A stretch of 64,000 bases of DNA, from the NCBI RefSeq assembly GCF_003018235.1, contig NZ_CP027437.1. One strand, 5' to 3'. Origin of the DNA: Escherichia coli. Its GTDB lineage: Bacteria; Pseudomonadota; Gammaproteobacteria; Enterobacterales; Enterobacteriaceae. Numbering within the stretch: position 1 is the stretch's first letter; each line of letters begins with the position of its first letter. The notes below the pieces were generated by a model, which was given only the letters and a program-made list of their open reading frames with translations, was not told the origin of the DNA and made no database searches. Made by a program: the position numbers and the translations under genes. Shown here one piece after another: positions 24,742-34,330 of the stretch.

Positions 24742-26223
24742 TTAATCCGTTTCAAAAATAATCTGTTCATCCTCATCAACACGAATGCGGATTTGCGTGA
24801 TGGCCGTTTTCTCTGTCATCGCCTGCAACCAATAACGGGACAGTTGTGGGAGGATATGTTGTTCGATATAGCCGATGAGCAAACGAGCGCCGGTTTCGTG
24901 CATCGGGCAGCGCGACACAATATGCGTAATCAGTTCATCGCCATACACCAGTGAAACGCCATGCTGCTCCGCCATCCGATCCATCAATCTGCCAAGATGC
25001 AGGCGGGCAATAACACCACGCGCGGTCTCATCCAGCGGTAAATAAGGAATAACCGTCACACGCCCCAGGAAAGCCGCCGGGAAGTGTTTACGTAACTCCG
25101 GCATTAACGCCTCTTTTAGTCCTGCCGAATCAGGCATCAGCGCCGGATCCTTTTCGATATGGCGTTTGTACTCGCTCCAAGTGGTTGCGCCGATGGTGCG
25201 CAGGGTGCCACGCGCCAGCGCCGGTTTCAGCAGGTTGGCAGCATCCCCCGTACCGGATGTACCACCAGCGCCCACCAGCGTGTGAACTTCATCAACAAAA
25301 AGGATTACCGGCTGCGGCGAGCGCGCGGCCTCTTCTAGCAACGCTTTCAGGCGGGATTCAAATTCACCCTTCATGGACGCCCCAGCCAGCAGCGCTCCAA
25401 CATCCAGTGACAGCAACCGCACGTTACGCAGTGAAGGCGGTACTTCCCCCCCGGCAATCGCCAGCGCGAATCCTTCCACCACTGCCGTTTTCCCGACTCC
25501 CGCTTCGCCGGTCAGTAGCGGGTTGTTCTGGCGACGGCGCAGCAGAATATCCGTCATAGTACGGATCTCGTGTTCGCGACCGGTGACCGGATCGATATTG
25601 CCTTCACGGGCCAGCGCAGTCATGTCCTGGCAGTATTTCGCCAGCGCGGATTTGCTTCCGGTTGATTCGCCGGCAAAGACCTGGCTAGCTTCCCCCGGTA
25701 CTGCAGAATTTAAATCCGAGCCGTCATAAGGCATTTCTGTTAATTCAGGAGATGAAGTGATTAAAGACGGAAGAATATCTAATAGTTCATCTACCGGTAG
25801 CTCTGCCAATGGCGCACAAATATTTTTTAACACCCGACACAATTCTGGCGTGGTTAACCAGGCAAGTAATAACCATCCACTACGAATTTTTTTATCGCCA
25901 AAGCGGATACTTGCCAACATCCAGGCTTTTTCAACAGAAAGATCGATATGATGGGAAAAATCGTTAATTACACTCGCTCCGGCAGGCAATATATTCAATT
26001 GCTGAATTAACGCCTTCTCAACATCAGCAGATGTTATTTGATAATGTCGAAGCACATTGTGAATGTCATTCTCTGGTTGTTGTATTAACTGATGCAACCA
26101 ATGCGTCAGTTCGACATAAGGATTAGCGCGTAATTTACAGAACGTCGTCGCAGATTCCAAAGATCTAAACAAAGATTTGGTTAGCTTTCCATACAGTGCA
26201 CTGCGCGAAACAGGAGTGTCCAT
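24742..26223 (-). CDS. clpV: ClpV AAA+ sheath-recycling ATPase carrying an apparent large in-frame internal deletion (493 aa instead of roughly 850-900)
   Basis: ClpV N-domain, then D1 Walker A GEAGVGKT and Walker B ILFVDEVH. At ...IEKDPAL|[26 protein letters not shown]... (junction about nt 25135-25145) the sequence jumps into the C-terminal small domain. There is no second Walker A. Confidence 0.8.
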   Translation of the reverse strand: MDTPVSRSALYGKLTKSLFRSLESATTFCKLRANPYVELTHWLHQLIQQPENDIHNVLRHYQITSADVEKALIQQLNILPAGASVINDFSHHIDLSVEKAWMLASIRFGDKKIRSGWLLLAWLTTPELCRVLKNICAPLAELPVDELLDILPSLITSSPELTEMPYDGSDLNSAVPGEASQVFAGESTGSKSALAKYCQDMTALAREGNIDPVTGREHEIRTMTDILLRRRQNNPLLTGEAGVGKTAVVEGFALAIAGGEVPPSLRNVRLLSLDVGALLAGASMKGEFESRLKALLEEAARSPQPVILFVDEVHTLVGAGGTSGTGDAANLLKPALARGTLRTIGATTWSEYKRHIEKDPALMPDSAGLKEALMPELRKHFPAAFLGRVTVIPYLPLDETARGVIARLHLGRLMDRMAEQHGVSLVYGDELITHIVSRCPMHETGARLLIGYIEQHILPQLSRYWLQAMTEKTAITQIRIRVDEDEQIIFETD

Positions 26224-26555
26224 CTGTTACACCTAATGATGTAAGAACATATAAATGATACATAAACATAACTGTACCGATTAAAACTTCTAATTAATAG
26301 AATTATCAAAAAGGCCGAATGAAACAATGATGCATATCACAGAACACAATGTAATATAGCAGGTAGTATCTTTTTCATGGTGATATTCAATAGAGCAAGC
26401 CAATTTCATACATACCATGAATATATTAAATTGAAAATCGCCACTATATATTTCCGCGAAAACTTATATTGATAAAGTAAATTGATCAGCATTGCTTATC
26501 TAAAAATTTAGAAAACTTATTCTTTTGAAAGAAACATTCTACACAGTGATACACA
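26224..26555. promoter_or_regulatory. AT-rich divergent control region between the clpV operon (-) and the tagH operon (+)
   Basis: A 332-bp very AT-rich non-coding gap between divergently oriented first genes. It contains the dyad GATAA-N20-TTATC around a GATC at 26484-26487. No promoter was mapped. Confidence 0.5.
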
Positions 26556-27470
26556 ATGAAACCAAATATTACGTGGGGACTCCAAAAAATACAGGCGCAC
26601 GGGATCGCCGATAACACAATTTACGCGACTGAAGGAACCCAAATTATCTTCACCGTTACCTCACCCTGGATTCCTGTTTTTGAGGTGAATGATGATGTAA
26701 AGATTGCCCTCAGTCTGACCCGCCACGAAGAAGCATGGTGGATTATCAATCAGTCTACCGAATATTGCTGTACGGTAAACGACCAGATTGTGGAACCTCA
26801 TCACCGTATGCGTCTGAATGAAGGCGATCTGATAGAATGGGGGTTATCTTCATGGTGCCTTGTGCACGGCAATCCATCATCTCCGGACCTGAGCGCAGTA
26901 AATACGACATCGCAGACTGCCACCATGTCGGAAACAATAACCGAATATCTGGATCTGGATTGGTTCAGGCAGCAGCATCTGACATCACAAAATCCATTCG
27001 ATATCATTCCTGTTCATGGAGCCTCCTCCACTGGAGAAGATGCTAAAAAAGAAAATGCCCTGACTCGACTTTATCAGGAATACCGCGAGGCGTTGTTATC
27101 TCCTGAACAAGATCTTCATCGCCATGCTGATCCTTTTCCCTTTAACGAAGAGCCCTCCTCACAGGATCTGGATTCATTGCGTGATCTGGTCACTGAAGCC
27201 GAGACATTGCAGGATATGGTCACTGGCGGGTTAAGCATTGACGCTATTCTCGATGTCCTGGACGCCACCGGCGAAGGGGAAACCGCCTGGCCTGCCGAAA
27301 AGACGCCCCCAGATATCCTGCACCTGCTATCCCCGGAATGCGCACCGGAAACAGCGCATAACACCGTTCTACCCGACCTGACACGCAAAGAGCATCGCAT
27401 CATTGGCATTGACAGCCATTATCGGATAAACCCGGCACAACACGGAGAGATATCTCATGACAAACAATAA
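26556..27470 (+). CDS. tagH: TagH-like protein with a degenerate N-terminal FHA-like domain, 304 aa
   Basis: First gene of the + operon. The segment CTVNDQIVEPHHRMRLNEGDLIEWG resembles the FHA core. The C-terminal half is acidic and low-complexity. Confidence 0.5.
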   Translation: MKPNITWGLQKIQAHGIADNTIYATEGTQIIFTVTSPWIPVFEVNDDVKIALSLTRHEEAWWIINQSTEYCCTVNDQIVEPHHRMRLNEGDLIEWGLSSWCLVHGNPSSPDLSAVNTTSQTATMSETITEYLDLDWFRQQHLTSQNPFDIIPVHGASSTGEDAKKENALTRLYQEYREALLSPEQDLHRHADPFPFNEEPSSQDLDSLRDLVTEAETLQDMVTGGLSIDAILDVLDATGEGETAWPAEKTPPDILHLLSPECAPETAHNTVLPDLTRKEHRIIGIDSHYRINPAQHGEISHDKQ

Positions 27471-28287
27471 CGAGCTACCGGCTACCCTGTCGGCGCTGCT
27501 GCGGGATTATTCCGTGGCGGAGGGCATTCAAATGGCAGAGCAGCAGGTCAGGATGCACCCGGCGCAGGCCTCCCGCCGCCACAGCTTATTTCAGTTATTG
27601 TGCGTGGCAGGCTACTGGTCGCGGGCACTGCAACAGATCCAGCTATGCGCCCGGATGGACGCAAATTATACCCGCGAAGCGCAGGTATTTGGCGAGCTGA
27701 TACGCTGTGAGATATACCGCCACGCCTGCTTTCAGGGAGAACAGCGGCCCGATTTTATTCTCCCGCCGCCCGCCTGGATGGAGGATCTGCTGACCGCCCT
27801 CGCCTGTAACGCTCGTGGTGAAGCGCAGGAAGCTGACGCCCACCGCAGCCGCGCACTTGAGGCCATAACAGATACTGCAGGGCAGTGGAATGGCGGCGCA
27901 TTTGACTGGATTAGCGACAGCGACTCCCGTACCGGTCCGGTACTCGAACTCATCGCGGGCGGAGTATATATCTGGCTGCCGTTTTCACAAATCTGTTCGC
28001 TAAAATCGCCGCGGCCTGCGCATCTGACCGATTTGATCTGGAAACCCGTCAACGTCACACTGAATAATGGCGACACACACAGTGCCTGGCTGTTTTCCCG
28101 CTACAGCGGCTCTGAAAAGGCTGCCGACTCCCTGCGTCTGTGCCGGGAAACGGTCTGGCAGGACGGGCCGGGAGAGACTCTGGTACAGGCGCTGGGTCAG
28201 AGGGTGTGGCTCACCGGTCACGGCGATATCAGCCTGCTGGATTTGTCCACCTGTACCTTTAACACCGCTGAAGGAAGCGACGCGTGA
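27457..28287 (+). CDS. tagJ: TagJ (ImpE/SciE family) T6SS accessory protein, 276 aa
   Basis: TPR-like N-terminal part and an ImpE-like C-terminal part (WISDSDSRTGPVLE...YIWLPF). Position before tssE. Confidence 0.7.
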   Translation: MTNNNELPATLSALLRDYSVAEGIQMAEQQVRMHPAQASRRHSLFQLLCVAGYWSRALQQIQLCARMDANYTREAQVFGELIRCEIYRHACFQGEQRPDFILPPPAWMEDLLTALACNARGEAQEADAHRSRALEAITDTAGQWNGGAFDWISDSDSRTGPVLELIAGGVYIWLPFSQICSLKSPRPAHLTDLIWKPVNVTLNNGDTHSAWLFSRYSGSEKAADSLRLCRETVWQDGPGETLVQALGQRVWLTGHGDISLLDLSTCTFNTAEGSDA

Positions 28288-28778
28288 GCGCTTCCCGCCA
28301 GCGTCCGGGCAATCACCTGCTGCCCACGCTGTTTGACCGCCTGTGTGATGATGCCCCAAACCAGAAACGCGACCACGATATCAGCGTCAGCCCGGTTCAG
28401 CTTAAGGAGATCATTCGCCGGGATTTGTCATTTCTGCTCAACACCGTCAGCCATGAAGATGATATTGATGCTGCACGTTATCCGGACGCGGCAGCGTCCG
28501 TACTGAACTACGGCCTGCCGCCACTGGCGGGCAGCTTTCTGTATGAACACAAGTGGGACGATATTCGCAGGGCCATTTTGCGTACCATCATCCGGTTTGA
28601 ACCCCGGCTGAAAGCGTCCACCCTGCAAATCATCCCACTTCAGGATGAGCGCCACCAGAGCGGCCATAACACATTACAGTTTGAAATTCGCGGCGAGATC
28701 CTCACGCAGCCCTACCCGATGGCATTCCGGGTACGCAGCGCGCTGGATATGGAACAGAGCCGCATTACGTTTTTTTAA
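28284..28778 (+). CDS. tssE: TssE (gp25-like) baseplate protein, 164 aa
   Basis: LLPTLFDRL...L...SV..DL..LLNT motifs. GTGA overlap with tagJ. Confidence 0.9.
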   Translation: MSASRQRPGNHLLPTLFDRLCDDAPNQKRDHDISVSPVQLKEIIRRDLSFLLNTVSHEDDIDAARYPDAAASVLNYGLPPLAGSFLYEHKWDDIRRAILRTIIRFEPRLKASTLQIIPLQDERHQSGHNTLQFEIRGEILTQPYPMAFRVRSALDMEQSRITFF

Positions 28779-28793
28779 TTCAGAGAGAAACCG

Positions 28794-30677
28794 ATGGATC
28801 CACGGCTACTGGAATACTACAACCGCGAACTGAGCTATCTGCGGGAAACGGGAGCCGAATTTGCCGCCCGTCATCCTAAAGTCGCCGCCCGACTGGGTAT
28901 GCAGGGAACGGATATTGCCGATCCGTATGTGGAGCGAATGGTCGAGGCCTTCAGCTTCCTGACCGCCCGCACGCAGCTAAAAATTGACGCTGAATTCCCC
29001 CGTTTCACCCAGCGTCTGCTGGAAGTGGTCAGCCCCAATTACGTCACACCCACGCCCTCAATGAGCGTGGCGCAGCTTCATCCCGATCCGGAAGAAGGCG
29101 ATCTGGCGAAGGGATTCACCGTCCCGCGCAACACGGCCTTTTTTTCCGCCATTCCGGAAGGCGAAAGTACCGCCTGCCAGTTTCGTAGCAGCCAGAATGT
29201 GACGCTGTGGCCACTTGCCATCGAAGAGGTGCGGCTGACCGCCGCGCCGCCGGATATGCCTGCCCTGCACCGCTACCTGCCAGCCAACATTCACGTCGCT
29301 GGTGCGCTGCGTATTACCCTGCGCACCTTTGGTGAACTGACGTTCAGTCAGCTTGCAGGGCTGAACAAGCTGCCATTTTATCTCTGCGGCGAGGAGCGCA
29401 CGGCCTCACACCTGTTCGAACTACTGCATACCAGCGCCATCGCGAGCCTGGCTGGCATTCCGGGGCATTTTGACGGCGCACTGGATGTGAATCTGAAACA
29501 GCCCGTTATGTACGAAGGCCTGGATCCGGATCAGGGACTGTTGCCGCTGGCGTGGAATGTGTTTCACGGCCATAACCTGCTACATGAATATTTTACCTGT
29601 CCGGAACGCTTCTTTTTTTTCACCCCGACAGGCCTGTCTGCCGGGTTACAGAAAATTAACGGCGGCGTGGCGGAGATTGTTATCCTGCTGAACCGCCTGC
29701 CGCCGGACTGGCTGATCCACCAGACAAACGCGGCACAGTTCAGCCTGTTCTGTACCCCAGTTATCAACCTGTTTCCCCGCGTCGCCGCCCGGATCGATGT
29801 CACGCACAGCACGACGGAACAGCATCTGGTGGTGGACAGAACCCATCCGCTGGATTATGAGGTGTTCTCGGTCCAGGAAGTGGAAGGGCTGGAAACTGAC
29901 ACCACACGGAAGATGGCCTTTCGCCCGCTCTACCACACCCGCAATAATGATGAAGGCAATCACGGACGTTATTTTTCCCTGCGCCGGGAGCCGCGCCGGT
30001 TGTCGGAAAATGCCCGCCGCTATGGCACCCGCACCTCCTATACAGGATCAGAAGTGTTCCTGTCGCTGGTTGACCAGTATGAAGCGCCGTACCCGGAAAA
30101 TCTGCGCCATATCACCATCACGGCTATGGTCACCAACCGCGATCTGCCCTGTCTTATTGCCCGCAATGGACGGGACGATCTGACCGTGGATGCGGCCATC
30201 CCGGTGGCGGGCGTGGGGCTTATCCGTCCGCCGCGTCCGCCGCAGCCTCCGCTGGCTGAACGTGAAATGGCCTGGCGGTTGATCCGCCAGTTATCCTTTA
30301 ACTATCTGCCGCTGGCCGATCTGGATCACCGTACCGGTGGTCAGGCGCTGCGCGATCTGCTTAACCTGTTTATTCCGGCGCATGACAGTCCGCAGTCGCG
30401 CCAGGTGCGCAGCCTGATTGGCTGCAACACCACCCCGGTCACCCGCCGTCTGCCCGGTTCCGGGCTGCTGGTCTATGGGCGCGGCGTCAGTTGTGAACTG
30501 ACCGTGGATGAGGAGGGGTTCTCCGGTATCAGTCCGTATCTGTTCGGTCTGGTGTTGGAGCACTATATCGCCCGTCATGTTTCCATTAATACCTTCTCGC
30601 AGATGACGCTGCACAGCATGCAGCGCGGCAAAATTATGACCTGGCCTGCCAGGGCGGGACAGCGGGGAAGCGTATGA
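28794..30677 (+). CDS. tssF: TssF baseplate protein, 627 aa
   Basis: N-terminus MDPRLLEYYNRELSYLRETGAEFAARHPKVA is canonical TssF. Confidence 0.95.
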   Translation: MDPRLLEYYNRELSYLRETGAEFAARHPKVAARLGMQGTDIADPYVERMVEAFSFLTARTQLKIDAEFPRFTQRLLEVVSPNYVTPTPSMSVAQLHPDPEEGDLAKGFTVPRNTAFFSAIPEGESTACQFRSSQNVTLWPLAIEEVRLTAAPPDMPALHRYLPANIHVAGALRITLRTFGELTFSQLAGLNKLPFYLCGEERTASHLFELLHTSAIASLAGIPGHFDGALDVNLKQPVMYEGLDPDQGLLPLAWNVFHGHNLLHEYFTCPERFFFFTPTGLSAGLQKINGGVAEIVILLNRLPPDWLIHQTNAAQFSLFCTPVINLFPRVAARIDVTHSTTEQHLVVDRTHPLDYEVFSVQEVEGLETDTTRKMAFRPLYHTRNNDEGNHGRYFSLRREPRRLSENARRYGTRTSYTGSEVFLSLVDQYEAPYPENLRHITITAMVTNRDLPCLIARNGRDDLTVDAAIPVAGVGLIRPPRPPQPPLAEREMAWRLIRQLSFNYLPLADLDHRTGGQALRDLLNLFIPAHDSPQSRQVRSLIGCNTTPVTRRLPGSGLLVYGRGVSCELTVDEEGFSGISPYLFGLVLEHYIARHVSINTFSQMTLHSMQRGKIMTWPARAGQRGSV

Positions 30678-31669
30678 GCGACGATTTCACTCAGGCGCAG
30701 GAAACCCCCTGGCGTTACGGTTTTCTGAACCTGATGCGCCGCGTGGATGTGCAGTTGTGTACCGTTCCGGCAGGCAACACCTGGCAACCACGGATGGAAA
30801 AATTTCGCCTCGGACAAACTCCCGCGCTGACCTTTGCGCCACGGGAAATCGCCAGTGTGAGCTGGCAGGAAGAGCGGCTGCACATCAGTTTGTACAGTCT
30901 CGGGCTGTGGGGGCCGAACGGTCCACTGCCGCTGCACTACACCGAACTGGCGCGCAACCGGACTGAAAGCCGAAGAGACCCGACGCTAACCCGTTTTTCT
31001 GATCTTTTTCATCACCGCTGGCTGACGCAGTTTTACCAGGCATGGCGCAGCGCCCAGTCCGCTGGGGGCGGTCTGGATAAACCACAACATGACCGTTTTG
31101 CCTTTTATATCGCCAGCCTCAGCGGGCAGGATTTGCGGGAGAGCGCCGACAGCCCGTTGCCGGATCACGCTCGCCTGGCGGCATCGGCCCATCTGGTGCG
31201 TGAGTCCCGCAATCCGGACGGTCTGGCCACCACGCTGGCGCACTATTTCGGTGTACCTTTCCGGATACAGGAGTATGTCCTGCACTGGATAGCCGTGGCG
31301 GACGATGAGATCACCCGGCTGGGGATGCCAGCCCCCTCTTCCGTTATTGGCAACGGTGCACTCATCGGCCAGGCCGTGCCGGACATGCAGTATAAGTTCC
31401 GGCTGGTTATCGGCCCGCTGACGCTGGAGGATTACCGACGTTTTCTGCCTGGCGGCAATAACCTGCCAGTCCTGACAGAACTGGTCCGCGCCTTTAGCGG
31501 TTTTGAATACTGCTGGGAAATTGAGCTACAGCTAAAGCCCCACGCCGCCCCTCCGGCTGTTACCGGTGGTTCGTACCAACTGGGCTGGACCGCATGGGCG
31601 GGTAAAGCCATGCACGAAAACCCGGTGACGGGCATGATTTTCGAACCAGAACACTACCTGGCGCACTGA
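30674..31669 (+). CDS. tssG: TssG baseplate protein, 331 aa
   Basis: ATGA overlap with tssF. Conserved RYGFLNLMRR and QxPALTFAP motifs. Confidence 0.93.
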   Translation: MSDDFTQAQETPWRYGFLNLMRRVDVQLCTVPAGNTWQPRMEKFRLGQTPALTFAPREIASVSWQEERLHISLYSLGLWGPNGPLPLHYTELARNRTESRRDPTLTRFSDLFHHRWLTQFYQAWRSAQSAGGGLDKPQHDRFAFYIASLSGQDLRESADSPLPDHARLAASAHLVRESRNPDGLATTLAHYFGVPFRIQEYVLHWIAVADDEITRLGMPAPSSVIGNGALIGQAVPDMQYKFRLVIGPLTLEDYRRFLPGGNNLPVLTELVRAFSGFEYCWEIELQLKPHAAPPAVTGGSYQLGWTAWAGKAMHENPVTGMIFEPEHYLAH

Positions 31670-31679
31670 GGATAATTTA

Positions 31680-32726
31680 ATGGATACATCCCTGTCTGAC
31701 CCAATTTCGGCAGAATGCCCCTGCGGCCCGGATCTGGAGTACGATCCGGAATACCTGCTACTGTTCACGCGCGCCGCACCGCGTGAAGAAGCGCAATACG
31801 GCGATTTTGTCAGTACGCCGGAAACCATTAACTGGGCGGAGCTTGAGCGGGATGCCTGCCGACTGCTGACGCGCAGCAAAGATATCCGCATTCTGGTTGT
31901 CCTGCTGCGCTGCCGTATCCAGCAGGCCGGTGCCAGGGGACTGGCGGAGGCGCTCGCGCTGCTGGAAACGTTGTGCGCCACGTACCCGAACGCCATCCAT
32001 CCTCAACTGCTCGCGACTGAAGATATCACCGCCGAAGAGGCGGCAGTGGCACGTAGTAACGCCCTGGCGGCATTGCTGGACCATGAAGGCGTAATAGCGG
32101 ATATTCGTGGCATTACACTGTCAAACAATGCTGCCATACGCCTTCAGGTACGGGATGTGGAGCGTTCGCTGTCTGCATCACGCCCGGCGGATGCGCTGGC
32201 ACCAGAATCGGTACGCCAGCAACTGGCCGACCTGGAGGCGCGCGGCACACTGCCGCTGGATGCCTTTCGCCAGGCCGCAGAGACCACTGAGCGGCTGCAA
32301 CGCCATGCGCTTGAAACGCTGAATGACCAGGCACCGAACCTATCCCGTCTGACACAATTGCTGGCCCTGTTGCCGGGAGCGATACGGACCACCACGCCGG
32401 AGATCCTGCCACAACCAGTGGCTGAACAGCCGGAGAGCACCACCATCGTTCATACTGAAGAGATATCATCAGAGCAGATTGCGCTACCGGTGCATATCGC
32501 GGAGGAAATATCACCGATGTCCGGCGCAGAACCCCGGCAGATCCGCGACCGGAACGACGCGCTGGAACGCCTGCGTGTCATCCGTCGCTGGTTTGAGCAC
32601 AGCGAACCGAGCAGCCCGACCATTCCTTTGCTGCGCCAGGCAGAACGCCTGGTCGGAAAACGCTTCTCGGAGGTAATAAATGAAATTCCAGTAGAACTGC
32701 TGGAAAAATGGGATGCGCTGGAGTAA
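31680..32726 (+). CDS. tssA: TssA (short, ImpA_N-containing) protein, 348 aa
   Basis: ImpA_N signature CGPDLEYDPEYLLL. Conserved C-terminal EPSSPTIPLLRQAERLVGKRFSEV. Confidence 0.85.
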   Translation: MDTSLSDPISAECPCGPDLEYDPEYLLLFTRAAPREEAQYGDFVSTPETINWAELERDACRLLTRSKDIRILVVLLRCRIQQAGARGLAEALALLETLCATYPNAIHPQLLATEDITAEEAAVARSNALAALLDHEGVIADIRGITLSNNAAIRLQVRDVERSLSASRPADALAPESVRQQLADLEARGTLPLDAFRQAAETTERLQRHALETLNDQAPNLSRLTQLLALLPGAIRTTTPEILPQPVAEQPESTTIVHTEEISSEQIALPVHIAEEISPMSGAEPRQIRDRNDALERLRVIRRWFEHSEPSSPTIPLLRQAERLVGKRFSEVINEIPVELLEKWDALE

Positions 32727-32732
32727 CAGAAG

Positions 32733-32764
32733 TGGCCAGAATTTATATTATCTGGCCATTTTTT
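32733..32764 (+). terminator. Rho-independent terminator of the tagH-tssA operon
   Basis: Stem tggccaga/tctggcca with a 10-nt loop, followed by TTTTTT. Confidence 0.75.
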
Positions 32765-32817
32765 AAATCATATTCGTTTTACTTGCGGAGTGAAAAATTC
32801 TCGCTTCACCAAAACGA

Positions 32818-32850
32818 CGAAAGCCCGAATCAGTAATGATTCGGGCTTTC
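32818..32850 (-). terminator. aspV terminator hairpin
   Basis: Perfect inverted repeat gaaagcccgaatc / gattcgggctttc, immediately 3' of tRNA-Asp. Confidence 0.75.
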
Positions 32851-32857
32851 TGAATAT

Positions 32858-32934
32858 TGGCGGAACGGACGGGACTCGAACCCGCGACCCCCTGCGTGAC
32901 AGGCAGGTATTCTAACCGACTGAACTACCGCTCC
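32858..32934 (-). tRNA. aspV: tRNA-Asp (GUC), 77 nt including CCA
   Basis: The reverse complement reads GGAGCGGTAGTTCAGTCGGTTAGAATACCTGCCTGTCACGCAGGGGGTCGCGGGTTCGAGTCCCGTCCGTTCCGCCA. Adjacent to dnaQ, as in K-12. Confidence 0.97.
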
Positions 32935-32962
32935 GCGTTGTGTTCCGTTGGGAACGAGGCGA

Positions 32963-32991
32963 ATATTACGGATTGCCTCTCCCTTCGTCAA
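32963..32991 (-). promoter_or_regulatory. aspV promoter
   Basis: On the minus strand: TTGACG, a 17-nt spacer, TAATAT, then a GC-rich discriminator just upstream of the tRNA 5' end. Confidence 0.6.
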
Positions 32992-33066
32992 CGGTTTTTC
33001 TCATCTTTTGAATCGTTTGCTGCAAAAATCGCCCAAGTCGCTATTTTTAGCGCCTTTTACAGGTAT

Positions 33067-33798
33067 TTATGCCCGCCAGAGGCAGCTTCCCCCCTTCTTC
33101 TGCACCAGATCGAGACGGGCTTCATGTGCTGCAAGCTCTTCATCTGTCGCAAAAACAACGCGTAACTTACTTGCCTGACGCACAATGCGCTGAATTGTTG
33201 TTTCATCTTGTTGCTGTTGTGTCTCTCCTTCCATCGCAAAAGCCATCGACGTTTGCCCACCAGTCATCGCCAGATAAACTTCCGCAAGGATCTGGGCATC
33301 GAGTAATGCCCCGTGCAACGTTCGTTTACTGTTATCTATTTCGTAGCGGGCACATAACGCATCGAGGCTGTTGCGCTTACCGGGAAACATTTTCCTCGCC
33401 ACCGCAAGGCTATCGGTGACCTTACAGAAGGTATTGGTCTTCGGAATATCGCGCTTAAGCAACGAAAACTCGTAGTCCATAAAGCCGATATCGAACGCTG
33501 CGTTATGGATCACCAACTCCGCGCCGCGAATATAGTCCATGAACTCATCGGCTACTTCGGCAAACGTGGGCTTATCGAGCAAAAATTCATCGGCAATACC
33601 ATGTACGCCAAAGGCTTCCGGATCCACCAGCCGATCGGGTTTGAGATAAACATGGAAGTTATTGCCCGTCAGGCGACGGTTCACCACTTCAACGGCACCA
33701 ATCTCAATGATCTTGTGGCCTTCATAGTGCGCGCCAATCTGGTTCATACCGGTAGTTTCGGTATCGAGAACGATCTGGCGTGTAATTGCAGTGCTCAT
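33067..33798 (-). CDS. dnaQ: DNA polymerase III epsilon subunit (3'-5' proofreading exonuclease), 243 aa
   Basis: [17 protein letters not shown]... matches DnaQ. The tool ORF starts 3 codons upstream. Confidence 0.97.
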
Positions 33799-33862
33799 AG
33801 CGGTCATTTATGTCAGACTTGTCGTTTTACAGTTCGATTCAATTACAGGAAGTCTACCAGAG

Positions 33863-34330
33863 ATGCTTAAACAGGTAGAAATTTTCACCGATGGTTCGTG
33901 TCTGGGCAATCCTGGACCTGGGGGTTACGGCGCTATTTTACGCTATCGCGGACGCGAGAAAACCTTTAGCGCAGGCTACACCCGCACCACCAACAACCGT
34001 ATGGAGTTGATGGCCGCTATTGTCGCGCTGGAGGCGTTAAAAGAACATTGCGAAGTCATTTTGAGTACCGACAGCCAGTATGTCCGCCAGGGTATCACCC
34101 AGTGGATCCATAACTGGAAAAAACGTGGCTGGAAAACAGCAGACAAAAAACCAGTAAAAAATGTCGATCTCTGGCAACGTCTTGATGCTGCGCTGGGGCA
34201 GCATCAAATCAAATGGGAATGGGTTAAAGGCCATGCCGGACACCCGGAAAACGAACGTTGCGATGAACTAGCTCGTGCCGCAGCGATGAATCCCACACTG
34301 GAAGATACGGGCTATCAAGTCGAAGTTTAA
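33863..34330 (+). CDS. rnhA: Ribonuclease HI, 155 aa
   Basis: [23 protein letters not shown]... matches RNase HI. Divergent from dnaQ. Confidence 0.97.

Noticed and set aside
31680-32726. TssA is only 348 aa, raising the possibility of truncation
   Set aside because: It keeps both the ImpA_N signature and the conserved C-terminal EPSSP...LLRQAERL motif, and it ends at a clean terminator. Short TssA proteins of this size exist, for example the P. aeruginosa TssA1 class.
32857-33260. ORFs overlapping aspV and the aspV-dnaQ spacer (32857-33165, 32948-33178, 33057-33260)
   Set aside because: They overlap a tRNA gene, its promoter, or the dnaQ 3' end. No coding evidence.
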